This document shows, one piece after another, positions 41,001 to 48,678 of a DNA stretch of 64,000 nt. A program made the translations under genes and the position numbers. Origin of the DNA: an uncultured Bdellovibrio sp. (lineage in GTDB: Bacteria; Bdellovibrionota; Bdellovibrionia; Bdellovibrionales; Bdellovibrionaceae); contig CAWVRN010000003.1 in NCBI GenBank assembly GCA_963932905.1, positions 1 through 64,000 of the forward strand, written 5' to 3'. Each line of letters opens with the position of its first letter. Positions within the stretch are counted from its first letter, which is position 1. The notes under the pieces are model-generated. The model was given only the letters and a program-made list of their open reading frames with translations, was not told where the DNA came from and searched no databases.

Positions 41001-43008
41001 AGTAACCGAGTATAAGTATACTCAATCAGGTCAAATTTCGTACATTAGAGACCCTTTAAGCAACGAAACAATATTCAACTACAATGAAAAAGGTCTGCTC
41101 ACTAATAAGGTAGAACCGGGAAACAAAATATACAATTTTAACTATGATGCAAACGGCAACTTGGTATTCGAGTCCGATCCCAATGGCGTTACAAAGACTT
41201 ATACTATTGACGAACTCAATCAAATTGTAAAAATTAATTTGCCCGACGATGAATACAACTTTGCGTACTCAGCGAAAGGAGAATTGACTCTTGCTTCAAA
41301 TAACACCGCCACAATTTCGCAAAGTTTTGATACAAAGGGACGAATAGTATATAGCTCGACGAGCCTTGCCCCGAGTGTCGGCAACTACCCAAATGTTCCT
41401 ATTTCATATACGTACGATAAAAACGGAAATCGAGAAACTTTGAGATCAAGCGTTATCGGCTTAGATTATTTATACGACCAAACCAATCGCCTTGTAAGAA
41501 TTGACAATTCGAGCGGCGATCAATTTGCTTTTGAATATGACAATTCTAATCGCCTTACCAAAATTATGCGTCCAGGCACAATTACAGCTATTTCATATAA
41601 TTCTGACGATTCATTGGCCGCGATTGCTCACTCTAAACAAGGTGGCTTAATTGATCAAAATGTCTATTCGTACGATCAAAGGAACCTAACCACTCAAAAA
41701 AGAACAATCGCTGGAAGTGTCGACTATGGATATGACACTAACGGCCAACTTGTGTCTGCTAATTCTAATACCATAAGTGAAATCTTTTCGTACGATGAGA
41801 TTGGAAATCGAACTTCGGATAAAGTGGGCGCTTACACTTACGACTCTACTAAGCAAAATTTATTGAGGACATTGAGTAACGCCTACGCTAGTGACAACAA
41901 CGGAAATATTATTGAAAGATCTTCGCTGACGGGAAATCAAAATGAAAAATATATTTACAATTCATTGAATCAGCTAAAAGAATTGAAGATGTATTCCGGT
42001 TCATCTTTAGTAAAGACAATTAGATATTACTATGATCCCAAAGGTAGACGTGTTTTCAAGTCAGTTATTGACGAAGTGGACGGCTCAAAGTCTTTTTCTA
42101 GAGCCTATATATACGACGGTGAAAAGATTATTGCCGAATTTGACGGGTCTGGAAATCGACTTGCCACATACACTCATTCTGAGATTGGAAACGATGATAT
42201 ACTTGGGCTAGAAGTCTCTAACCAAGGAAAAATTTCAGGACTGGCAAAAAATCCCGGAAAATACTACTATCTAAAGGACCACTTAGGTTCAGTCGATTTG
42301 GTCACTGATAGTTCTGGTATAGTAGTTCAAAAATACTTGTACTCAGCTTTTGGTAAAATTGAAAAGATACTTGATGGAGGTAATACTGCGATCACCGACG
42401 CTCCGGTTGTTAACTCTTCATTTACATTTACTGGAAGAGAATTAGACTATGAATCAGGCTTGATGCACTATCGGACAAGGTATTATAGCCCCGAACTGGG
42501 GCGATTTATTCAGAAGGATTCATACGCTGGAAAAACTGAAAGTCCTGTTTCGATTTCCAACAGATATACATACGTTGAGAATAATCCAATAAAATATAAG
42601 GACCCTTCTGGAAGAATAAAAGATCCGTCAGATTTTACAAACGTGCATGGCGCCTACTGTGGCGCTACTGCAACCGGACAAACGCTAAATCAGTACGGAC
42701 AAATAGTGAATGTAGAACCCGAAGATTCACTCGACTGGGCCTGTATGAGCCATGATGAAGCTTACGCAACTAAGGAAATAGCTTTTAGTTCCCACATTAA
42801 CTACTCTCTAGGTCGAGTGGCGGGTGACTTAAATTTATTCTTGAATGGCGTCGCATTTATAACAATTAAGCCAGTAGATGGACTTCTAGTCGCGGGGGGC
42901 GGCGCGCTTTTTTTAAGCTATAGTTCCACAAGGGCCATCATGATCGATTTGCCTTTAAATTTTTGGTCTTCTTTGTTACAATTTATTGGGATTAAGGTTA
43001 ACCTCTAG
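35083..43008 (+). CDS. Secreted teneurin-like RHS/YD protein with C-terminal phospholipase A2-like toxin domain
   Basis: Signal peptide; Ig-like repeats (D.AGN); carboxypeptidase-regulatory/TTR-like domain; GRGWHL; NHL repeats; YD repeats; RHS core DHLGS, FTGRE.D, RYY.P..GRF..D, NP....DPSG; CTD HGAYCG...DSLDWACMSHDEAY. Confidence 0.9.
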   Translation: MYRLTAIAILLFAQFVLAQNTADQVVVFPDKTYRGSFKSVNQVTETISVTSDAIKNDFIIKMKNADGQNHENVVCAGGLLQKCSCGLKNLANLLYRTFFRVEYAEITWNGKKVVDANTFNRNVATLSVSVKPELSNSLVIKYKGLFTSYFSLGIYRPSSPKDTTAPTILTQLRSNTFTNQKSANVEIQDISNVTSTVSINGAVVKSSTAKSFTFDLVNGNNNIEIKSQDQFNNIASPVVISNVVLDQSNPSISLSSSDPVYVNSLPKTLAAQFISNEPLKSLLVNSNQVSLNESGKIGVYNFSILQSGANSVAVQATDLAGNVSNQNLSLSVILDNTSPAISFGIAEGTLTNQSLIVIPIKITEANDVHSIIKVNGVDVLRTGAKEFDFEASLLLEGENQVQVESTDIAGNISQSLILKIIKDSTQPVLSNIQPANNRRIDRLVFSVTGRANEKLDQINVNGLALTLDANRVNFSGTYVAAKNGTEELLFSATDLAGNKTEIRNTIQIDNRLLIPELVSISPSPDRLHLNIIGAAGSVRSEISVSASSGLLGFYSDSTTSTVDGSFILKLPPFSTATLKVKDQQNNEETTLTLSYEIGTRLSGIIKDTDGNPLPGATIRISSYDGSVLSDSSGVFSIASPATGDQTLTVDGSTIAQSVTGPSRKFSTTQIQINIGLGQENVLERPIYLAPLILNGSETTIIAGESATVKNPLAAGVQLDIPANSTVFPGGGSSGSINIASIDANKSTVPVLANVVPDKVIALEPSGLKFQQRVPVTLPNDSDFPAGVEMFILSMDSSKGIWEVDGMAKVSEDGRSIETKPGQGISHFSLIYAAPAKPVLAAVDNPKQAGIDISQGSLSSSFSLPSWKSLGVSIAPSLIYKSNWANPTAYVSNYIDVPRQEYTASYADSGSVSSIEAIKGRYCDTVLGVPVKCYNTYDEYVLSVEYKNTAEVSTWYQPDSIKSQFFIGDLASNIIEYIDNSTPNYENTGSSNIPGSLFAGGFGSNITNYTGIPNRSMISYAVPLKYSTTGEYLPSGVYPSLARYELKIKNLTIRSSTEYEAYSVKFVDDKFREANQSNVILTNKSTTTKSSQVLDQIFPSDVLAPLLVQNKVKSPAGRGWHLGLTQNILNPGGNRVLVEEASGELSTYSVSNTISTIYNSSTTGVDTKSAIDFSQWPKAVALYRNSSKENYFVELDLSSSSPILSTLEKIEQYSGYFTYSPYYTGACSADPSSSSPISDVTYSYKTQNDPTSIIRFQNGAIYAVSQRDHSLYQIQSGVNTYLIENRTAALPTNSAKTVAQIESECLSISGQPCDTRVKRTYSCANPDDTEFPFRSISFYRPQQAITQGIPGSVRGEFTNAFASTLAQADLNNPQGMVVSPDGFLVIADSGNNMVRKVDLTNNQISTIAGDGSNIDQINEDSPLVSGIFHPQSVVYDLNKNLYILTENGYIRKINSQGKISSFAGLPLSQGGVRSDQAPMQQMAFNHPHGMVFDNVNQYLYVADTDNHRVVRIDLKTQMATNVAGGTCIDSEVSDNGPALGTSLCSPKYIGLDSNQNLIIVDSGHNRIRKVNFNFSTTGALAFLPSAKDGSNLYRYNDGSWSRTLRNGTITYFNIDGQEIKTIDRVGNAISYEYNSQKKLTKITDAVNQVTVLNYSGDLLSSITDPAGRTTSFNVSSGKLTSVTFPDSSVKSFEYDDNGLMTKETNQNGFSKKYAYNQFNRLASVTDEQNQVTEVNDVLSSSMSNNYTGGNVGQLNNQGSGASQLHDRVVDAKSIETEITKDFNGLITKIKDGKGQITSIERDIEGYTKKVVFPDLSEVTLEYDPATKDLLKTTDTGTGISKSRLFNSFGQIVSITDGRGFTQTRQYDPSTGLLTQETLPSSQIFKYTYTNSGQLASTTKAPIVGVNNITLFEYDSFGNKSRTIFPDGRSESYLYDNAGNMTQKLLQINASVQEITKYQYDKFNRIVKVISPKNEVTEYKYTQSGQISYIRDPLSNETIFNYNEKGLLTNKVEPGNKIYNFNYDANGNLVFESDPNGVTKTYTIDELNQIVKINLPDDEYNFAYSAKGELTLASNNTATISQSFDTKGRIVYSSTSLAPSVGNYPNVPISYTYDKNGNRETLRSSVIGLDYLYDQTNRLVRIDNSSGDQFAFEYDNSNRLTKIMRPGTITAISYNSDDSLAAIAHSKQGGLIDQNVYSYDQRNLTTQKRTIAGSVDYGYDTNGQLVSANSNTISEIFSYDEIGNRTSDKVGAYTYDSTKQNLLRTLSNAYASDNNGNIIERSSLTGNQNEKYIYNSLNQLKELKMYSGSSLVKTIRYYYDPKGRRVFKSVIDEVDGSKSFSRAYIYDGEKIIAEFDGSGNRLATYTHSEIGNDDILGLEVSNQGKISGLAKNPGKYYYLKDHLGSVDLVTDSSGIVVQKYLYSAFGKIEKILDGGNTAITDAPVVNSSFTFTGRELDYESGLMHYRTRYYSPELGRFIQKDSYAGKTESPVSISNRYTYVENNPIKYKDPSGRIKDPSDFTNVHGAYCGATATGQTLNQYGQIVNVEPEDSLDWACMSHDEAYATKEIAFSSHINYSLGRVAGDLNLFLNGVAFITIKPVDGLLVAGGGALFLSYSSTRAIMIDLPLNFWSSLLQFIGIKVNL

Positions 43009-43014
43009 AGGTAA

Positions 43015-43641
43015 ATGAAAAAAATAAGATTTATAGCAATATTTTTGACAGTTTTATTTTTCGAGTTGGTTCACGCAAATAGCTTGAAAATAGCCGTTGA
43101 ACGGAACGCTCCATTGATTGGCGGTTCTAGCTCAAATAGAGATTTTCTCCAAAGTTCGGGGACACGCTCTGACATATTTCATGCATCCTACTTTTTCGGG
43201 GAAACAAACGGTTTCTATTTTGGTTTTAACTACTCTAAAGAATATTCTAAATACACACAACCCCAAACCCTGTCTCGACCATTCGCTGAGTTTTCTTCTA
43301 CCTTCACAAGCATTGGCCCCGAGATTGGTTTATGGATACAGCCATCAGAATTAATTGTGCTAGAATCCGGAATCAGTATTGGAACAGGTGGCTTTAAGTT
43401 TAGTAATTCTGAGTTAGGAGTATCAGCCTCACAAAATCCCCTAAAAATTGATTTTCATGTTGGGGCCGTGCATCCTTCTGATATTTTGGGATCACAAATA
43501 CGTCTAGATTTTTTTACTAAATTTGGAGGATATGTTGTTCAGTTGAAAGAATTTACCTATAACGATATTACTTACACACAATCTGAACTTGAGTTGAAAT
43601 ACTACATTTATATTAGTGTCGGATTGGGCCTAAGATTTTAG
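43015..43641 (+). CDS. Small outer-membrane beta-barrel protein, paralog 1
   Basis: Signal peptide, alternating beta-strand pattern, C-terminal beta-signal GLGLRF. Confidence 0.75.
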   Translation: MKKIRFIAIFLTVLFFELVHANSLKIAVERNAPLIGGSSSNRDFLQSSGTRSDIFHASYFFGETNGFYFGFNYSKEYSKYTQPQTLSRPFAEFSSTFTSIGPEIGLWIQPSELIVLESGISIGTGGFKFSNSELGVSASQNPLKIDFHVGAVHPSDILGSQIRLDFFTKFGGYVVQLKEFTYNDITYTQSELELKYYIYISVGLGLRF

Positions 43642-43676
43642 TAAAATTTAAATCTGTTGAGCTTAAGGTAAAACTA

Positions 43677-44309
43677 TTGGTGAATAAATTCGATCTTTTT
43701 TCGATTATCGGTATAACTCTGATTGCGACCTTGGCTTACTCCGCTGAAGTCAAATTTACTGCTGAAAAAATTATTCCGTTTATAGGGGGTTCTGACTACA
43801 ATAGAGATAATTTACAGAAATCTGGTCTTGTGAAGGTTGATCAGATCGGTGCATACTATTTTTTTGGCGAAGGCAAAGGTTTATATTTAGGCTTAATTAA
43901 CTCCAGTGAAAAAGCTGAATATACACAGTTTGAATCAAACGCCAGGCCGTATGGACATTTTTCATCAAGTTTCTCAAGTTTAGGTACTGATTTTGGCCTC
44001 TGGGTGCAGCCATCCGATATTCTCAGAATAGAAGGCGGCTTGGGGATAAGCCAGGGCACCTTCGAAATATCTGATTCTTCGTCCACAATCTCAAAACAAC
44101 CAAATACTAAAAAGTTAGATGTTCACTTTAGTTTTATATACCCGACTAATTTTTTAAGCCCCGATGTAAATATAGATTTATTTGTAAAGTTAGGATATTA
44201 TAAAGTTTTTATCAGCGATTTTAACTATAATGGGGTATCCTACTCCGCTCCTGAAATAAATTTAAAAACATATCTCTATCTCAGTTTTGGAGTGGGAGTT
44301 AGATTTTAG
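43677..44309 (+). CDS. Small outer-membrane beta-barrel protein, paralog 2
   Basis: Signal peptide; shares P.IGG, YTQ...RP...FSS.F, G.W.QPS with paralog 1; ends GVGVRF. Confidence 0.75.
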   Translation: MVNKFDLFSIIGITLIATLAYSAEVKFTAEKIIPFIGGSDYNRDNLQKSGLVKVDQIGAYYFFGEGKGLYLGLINSSEKAEYTQFESNARPYGHFSSSFSSLGTDFGLWVQPSDILRIEGGLGISQGTFEISDSSSTISKQPNTKKLDVHFSFIYPTNFLSPDVNIDLFVKLGYYKVFISDFNYNGVSYSAPEINLKTYLYLSFGVGVRF

Positions 44310-44396
44310 CTTTCTTGTTTAGAAGAACAGGAGCGCGAGTTTTCAAAACTTAGTGGTTACAGTTGAAGGGCATTTGATGTTGGTATTTAGGAAAAC

Positions 44397-45020
44397 ATGA
44401 TGGCAACTAGACTAGCCGTTATGATACTACTTGCTTGTTACGACTTTTCATTTGGCGGAGCTTACAAGGTGTCTATCCACACCGGCCAACCCGTATTTGG
44501 TGGTTTTTCGAAAGATTCGGAATCATTGAGGAATGGAGGCTCAAAAACTAAAGAATACCAAGTTTCGTATTTGCACGGTGAAAATAATGGCATTTTAATT
44601 GGAGTAATGAGAGGAATTGAATTCAGTAAATATGTTCAATTTACAACTACAAGTCGTCAATATGGAAAGTACTCCTCCAATTATCAGTATGATGGCATTG
44701 CAATAGGATACTGGCATAGTGTTAACCCGACTTTCAGATTTGAAACCGGATTAAATTACGGTGTTGGAAGCTTTGAATTTAATTTAGAAAATATAGACCC
44801 CATCATTCTAAATGATATTAGAATAACAAATTTGTTTTGGAATGGTATCTATCCCTATTCGTTTTTTAACGAGCAATTTAAAATAGATTTCATTGGTTCC
44901 ATGGGACTATACAAAATAAATGTGCCCGACTTTAGCTACAACCAAATTAGTTTTACTCAATCAGATTTAATGCAAAAATTATATTTTTATATGTCAATTG
45001 GAATAGGTTTTAGATTTTAG
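44397..45020 (+). CDS. Small outer-membrane beta-barrel protein, paralog 3
   Basis: Signal-like N-terminus; EFSKY.Q, DF.YN...TQS.L..K.Y.Y.S.G; ends GIGFRF. Confidence 0.72.
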   Translation: MMATRLAVMILLACYDFSFGGAYKVSIHTGQPVFGGFSKDSESLRNGGSKTKEYQVSYLHGENNGILIGVMRGIEFSKYVQFTTTSRQYGKYSSNYQYDGIAIGYWHSVNPTFRFETGLNYGVGSFEFNLENIDPIILNDIRITNLFWNGIYPYSFFNEQFKIDFIGSMGLYKINVPDFSYNQISFTQSDLMQKLYFYMSIGIGFRF

Positions 45021-45224
45021 AACACTTCTGTCGCTTGAAAACTGATGTCTTTCAGCGCTGATGTATAATTCTGGAAATATTTTGGCATCGATAGTTCGTT
45101 CGAACTCAGAAGCTCTATAAGCAATTCATGCAAAGAAAGGACATGTTTATGCCTCATTCATTTTCAAGCATACAGGAAGCAAATCAATAATGAGTGGATC
45201 GCATGGAAGCCAAATCTTAAAGAA

Positions 45225-45788
45225 ATGGAACGCTACAACCAAAAAAATAAAGAATTACCAGAGCGCTACTTAGCACGATGGCATTGGTCTCCGAGCTGGG
45301 CGTCGCAGTTAAAGTTTCCAATTATTATAAAAAAAGAATGGAAATCAGATCCATTCTTTGATGGCAGCGGAAGTTTTCACTATCACGCTATTATGACTAA
45401 CGAAGATTTAACTAAAAACAGCTATCAAGATATTTACGAGCGTTACGCTCAGCGGGCCAATATGGAGAACTTCATCAAAGAAGCTAAAATGAACTTTGAT
45501 GCCTATCATTTGCCGTGCTTAAGCTTTAAAGCCAACCATGCATTTTTGTTATTGCTTCTCACTGCGTTTAATCTACTTCGTTGGATTTCAGTGATCACAA
45601 AACCAGAGAAGCCGCACTATGCAAAAAAACTACGTCGTAGTTTTATTTTTCAAGCCGGAAAAATTCAGCTTAGATCCAGACAAGTCTTTCTAAAGGTATC
45701 AGAAAAGTATTTCAAGGAGGTGCAAAGACTAAAAGAGGCATGGGAATCACAGCCGATAAGAATTTTCCCACAGTTCTCCACAGCATAA
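45225..45788 (+). pseudogene. 5'-truncated IS1380-family transposase
   Basis: Y..RA.MEN.IKE.K..F....LP...F.AN, LR...I..AG.....SRQ..L; N-terminal catalytic part missing; candidate right IR ...GTCGAATTTTGGG ending 46031. Confidence 0.75.
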
Positions 45789-46121
45789 CTATGTCAGTCT
45801 GTGGATAAAAGTTAGATCCTTGAAAACCTAAATACGGAATCGGAAATATTTTTTTGATTTTGAATTTGGAGTGGACAAGGGTTTGAACCCACGAACGCTT
45901 AACATAACTAGGTTATACCACCATGAGCTTTGACGAAGGCTCGTAAAAATACTATTGTCCGCGCGATCCTGACGATGAGCACATCGCCTGTAAGTCCACT
46001 CATCTAAGAGGTTTTACTGTCGAATTTTGGGCATGACAGGGCCTCCTCGTTGCCTTCGGCAACGCTGGAACATTTAAATTTTCAAATTTTTAAAATTTCT
46101 ATATTTTTTTGCTCAGCAGAA

Positions 46122-46170
46122 TTCAGATCTGGGTTCAGATCTGGGCCTAAAGGGAAAAATGGTTGCAGGG
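46122..46170. other. Candidate att boundary of the ICE: TTCAGATCTGGG direct repeats and tRNA-end-like TGGTTGC core
   Basis: TTCAGATCTGGG x2 (46122-46145); GAAAAATGGTTGCAG (46154-46168) matches 33055-33069 at 13/15; about 60 bp from integrase stop. Confidence 0.5.
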
Positions 46171-46226
46171 AAATCCTGCTTGTCTTTTCATATAGTTACA
46201 CAATTTTGGCAGGGAATGGAAGGGTT

Positions 46227-47381
46227 TTATTTTGCCACCCTCGCGAGTGGCAAAATATCAGCATTCTTCGTCGATGGAACCTTAATTTGCAGCTTGTCCG
46301 TTGTGCCCATGAGTTCAGCACCCGATGAAACAAAGTATTCGTTTGTGGTAGCAATACGAGCGTGCCCAGCACTCTCCATTGTTACTCCTAGCGATACACC
46401 GTCGTTTAACATCAAAGTAATATAAGTTGACCTTAACTGGTGGTGCCGAATCTCTCGAATACCAATTTTTTTACAAAACTCTCGTAAAACTTGAGCTTGT
46501 CGTCCTTTTTCCCAGCCCAGGTTCTCAATCTCTATTACAAATTCGCTTTTAGCTCTTAATTTATATAAGCTCAAAAAAGGCATAATGAAAATAGGTATTG
46601 GAACCATCCTATCATTCCCATTTTTCAGTTTGTTAACAATTCCCTCTTTGGGTTTCTTCTGCCTACATAAGTGAGCCAGTCGCGTATTAAAATCTACATC
46701 CGACCATTTAAGACCAGCTAACTCGCTTCTTCGGAGACCTAAAGTCAAAGTTAGCAGCCAGATTAAAAAGAAAGGATGATTTTCCCGCTGTGCTTCAGAC
46801 AGTAGTTTTTCAACTTCTGAATGATTCAAAGCCGCCTTTTTCCTTTTTGGCCTACGACGATTCTTTAAATGAGCCATTGAATTGACTTTTAAAAAACCAG
46901 CTTCATGGGCAAAAACAAAAATGCATTTTACTTCTTTCTGTATATCATAGGCCCTCGACTCAGAGATCTTGCCTTCCTTAAGACGAGCATCGATATCTGA
47001 TTTAACAAATAACGGAGTAATTAGATCCAGTTTCTTAGAATTCCAATCGACCAAATGTTTTAAGCAGCCATTCTTATTTTCTATCGTTGCTGGACTCATA
47101 CCATTTATATTTTCTGGTGTTCGCTTATTTTGCTCCAACTTTTCTCTGTAATACTCGACAAGCTTCTGCCAGTTCTCAATCGTAGGGATATCCGGTCTTT
47201 CATAACGACACTGATGCCACAGCTGTTTGTATATCAATTCGGCTTTAGGGCGAGACTCTATTCCTCTTTTTTTTCTTTGTACCCTTTCGCCTGTATACTC
47301 ATTAATAGCTTCAGCCATAACCGTGTACACAGTTTTAAAAATTCCAGTCTTTACTTCCTTTTTTGAAATTGAAATTGCCAT
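46227..47381 (-). CDS. int: Tyrosine recombinase/integrase
   Basis: GLRRSEL..L.W, HQLR.TY, GH....T..Y catalytic residues. Confidence 0.93.
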   Translation of the reverse strand: MAISISKKEVKTGIFKTVYTVMAEAINEYTGERVQRKKRGIESRPKAELIYKQLWHQCRYERPDIPTIENWQKLVEYYREKLEQNKRTPENINGMSPATIENKNGCLKHLVDWNSKKLDLITPLFVKSDIDARLKEGKISESRAYDIQKEVKCIFVFAHEAGFLKVNSMAHLKNRRRPKRKKAALNHSEVEKLLSEAQRENHPFFLIWLLTLTLGLRRSELAGLKWSDVDFNTRLAHLCRQKKPKEGIVNKLKNGNDRMVPIPIFIMPFLSLYKLRAKSEFVIEIENLGWEKGRQAQVLREFCKKIGIREIRHHQLRSTYITLMLNDGVSLGVTMESAGHARIATTNEYFVSSGAELMGTTDKLQIKVPSTKNADILPLARVAK

Positions 47382-47618
47382 TTAACCTCCTTGGATTAAA
47401 GAGACTATTTCTTTTTTCTTAAAACGAAGACTTTTCCCAAATAACCTGTATGACTTCAGTTTACCTTGATACACCCATTTCCGTATTTGTTTTGGAGATG
47501 TCCTCAAAAACTCAGCCACTTCTTTTGTGTTTAACCATATGCAATTTTCAAAGAGCATTTCTGACGATGATTTATTTTTATCAACGTCGTTGTTCGTTCT
47601 ATTTATATCGAATTTCAT
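47382..47618 (-). CDS. xis: Excisionase-like HTH protein
   Basis: WLNTKEVAEFL......IRKW...GKL......LRF; abuts integrase. Confidence 0.82.
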   Translation of the reverse strand: MKFDINRTNNDVDKNKSSSEMLFENCIWLNTKEVAEFLRTSPKQIRKWVYQGKLKSYRLFGKSLRFKKKEIVSLIQGG

Positions 47619-47699
47619 TAAAAAAATCTATTTTAATTTTTTCAAATAAAATTTCAGATGCAATGCTCGTAATATCCAATAATCCATTTTTAACCATCA

Positions 47700-48062
47700 C
47701 TATTGCGAACTCTTCTCTACGGAATCTACTTTTAAATCCGCTTTAGCAGTACTGACAGAATCGCCTTTTGATTTCCGGCGAGGCGGCTTACTCATTGCGC
47801 TTGCAGCAAGCGATTCTCTAAGAGCCGCAATCAGTTCATCGTTGCTGGCGCTTCTTTTTAAATTCTCGCGCACAAGTTTTGATAAATTGGTAAACGCTTT
47901 AATCATAAATGGTTTTGAGGATTCAAAATGATTTGAGCTAAACTCGCGGACAATCCAAGATGTAATCTCCGAAGGGGTTACACTCACCCCTTTATTGGTT
48001 TTTAATTCTTTGGCCATCTGTTTTAAATCATTAGCGGCATCACTCGATAATATGACTCGCAT
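47700..48062 (-). CDS. Hypothetical ICE protein, possible DNA-binding accessory
   Basis: 120-aa ORF in ICE block. Confidence 0.6.
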   Translation of the reverse strand: MRVILSSDAANDLKQMAKELKTNKGVSVTPSEITSWIVREFSSNHFESSKPFMIKAFTNLSKLVRENLKRSASNDELIAALRESLAASAMSKPPRRKSKGDSVSTAKADLKVDSVEKSSQ

Positions 48063-48068
48063 CAGATT

Positions 48069-48539
48069 TTACTTACCACCAGAGGGTTTCTTTTTGTGCC
48101 GCTTTGCCCACTCGGGTCGTTCAACAATAACTGATTCGCAGTGAGCCTCGATCAGCTTGTTTCCCCTGACGTCAGAATCAAAGCACTGCGTTTCAACCCT
48201 TGGTTGAGTCACAAAGTAGTCGCTTGGATCATCTTCACCGCTGGCAATACTCGGACGAGATACATTGAATCGATCTAGATTTAATAATGTTTCCTGACGA
48301 ACACGATTGTCCCTGTCTTCAAGACTTCCATGAATAAAATAACTTGTGGCAAGGCCAACGACCGCTCCAATCATAGCACCGTTGTTTTTGGCGTTATCAT
48401 TGTCCCTATCGATTTGGCTATTAAGTACCGCTCCACTGATGGCACCAATACCGGTACCTAGTAATAATGATTCTTTCATTGTTGCACATCCCATTAGTGA
48501 TATTACACTAATGCCCACTATTTGATTTCGTAATTTCAT
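48069..48539 (-). CDS. Lipoprotein with glycine zipper (possible TraV/VirB7-like or exclusion protein)
   Basis: AGGAG RBS; lipobox LMGC; G.G.GA..GA and GA..GA..G repeats. Confidence 0.65.
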   Translation of the reverse strand: MKLRNQIVGISVISLMGCATMKESLLLGTGIGAISGAVLNSQIDRDNDNAKNNGAMIGAVVGLATSYFIHGSLEDRDNRVRQETLLNLDRFNVSRPSIASGEDDPSDYFVTQPRVETQCFDSDVRGNKLIEAHCESVIVERPEWAKRHKKKPSGGK

Positions 48540-48607
48540 AATTCTCCTTATAGAATTTTAAATTCCTTATATTTAAAACTGACTCTAACTTTTGCTTGTC
48601 AGTTGCT

Positions 48608-48666
48608 CGCTATTTCAATTATTTATAGCGCGTTCACTAGCGGCGCGCCGTAACTACGCCGCTAGT
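48608..48666. repeat. Nested inverted repeats, candidate oriT/ori
   Basis: CGCTAT/ATAGCG, ACTAGCGGCG/CGCCGCTAGT and palindrome CGGCGCGCCG just downstream of the relaxase-like gene. Confidence 0.5.
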
Positions 48667-48678
48667 AAATTCAGCTTG

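Noticed and set aside
35083..43008. T6SS Rhs effector
   Set aside because: Has a Sec signal peptide and Ig/NHL domains, with no PAAR motif or T6SS genes nearby
45867..45893. tRNA T-arm/CCA-like fragment on the minus strand (CGTGGGTTCAAACCCTTGTCCACTCCA)
   Set aside because: T-stem imperfect, no anticodon arm, lies within the probable IS1380 3' region; may be chance
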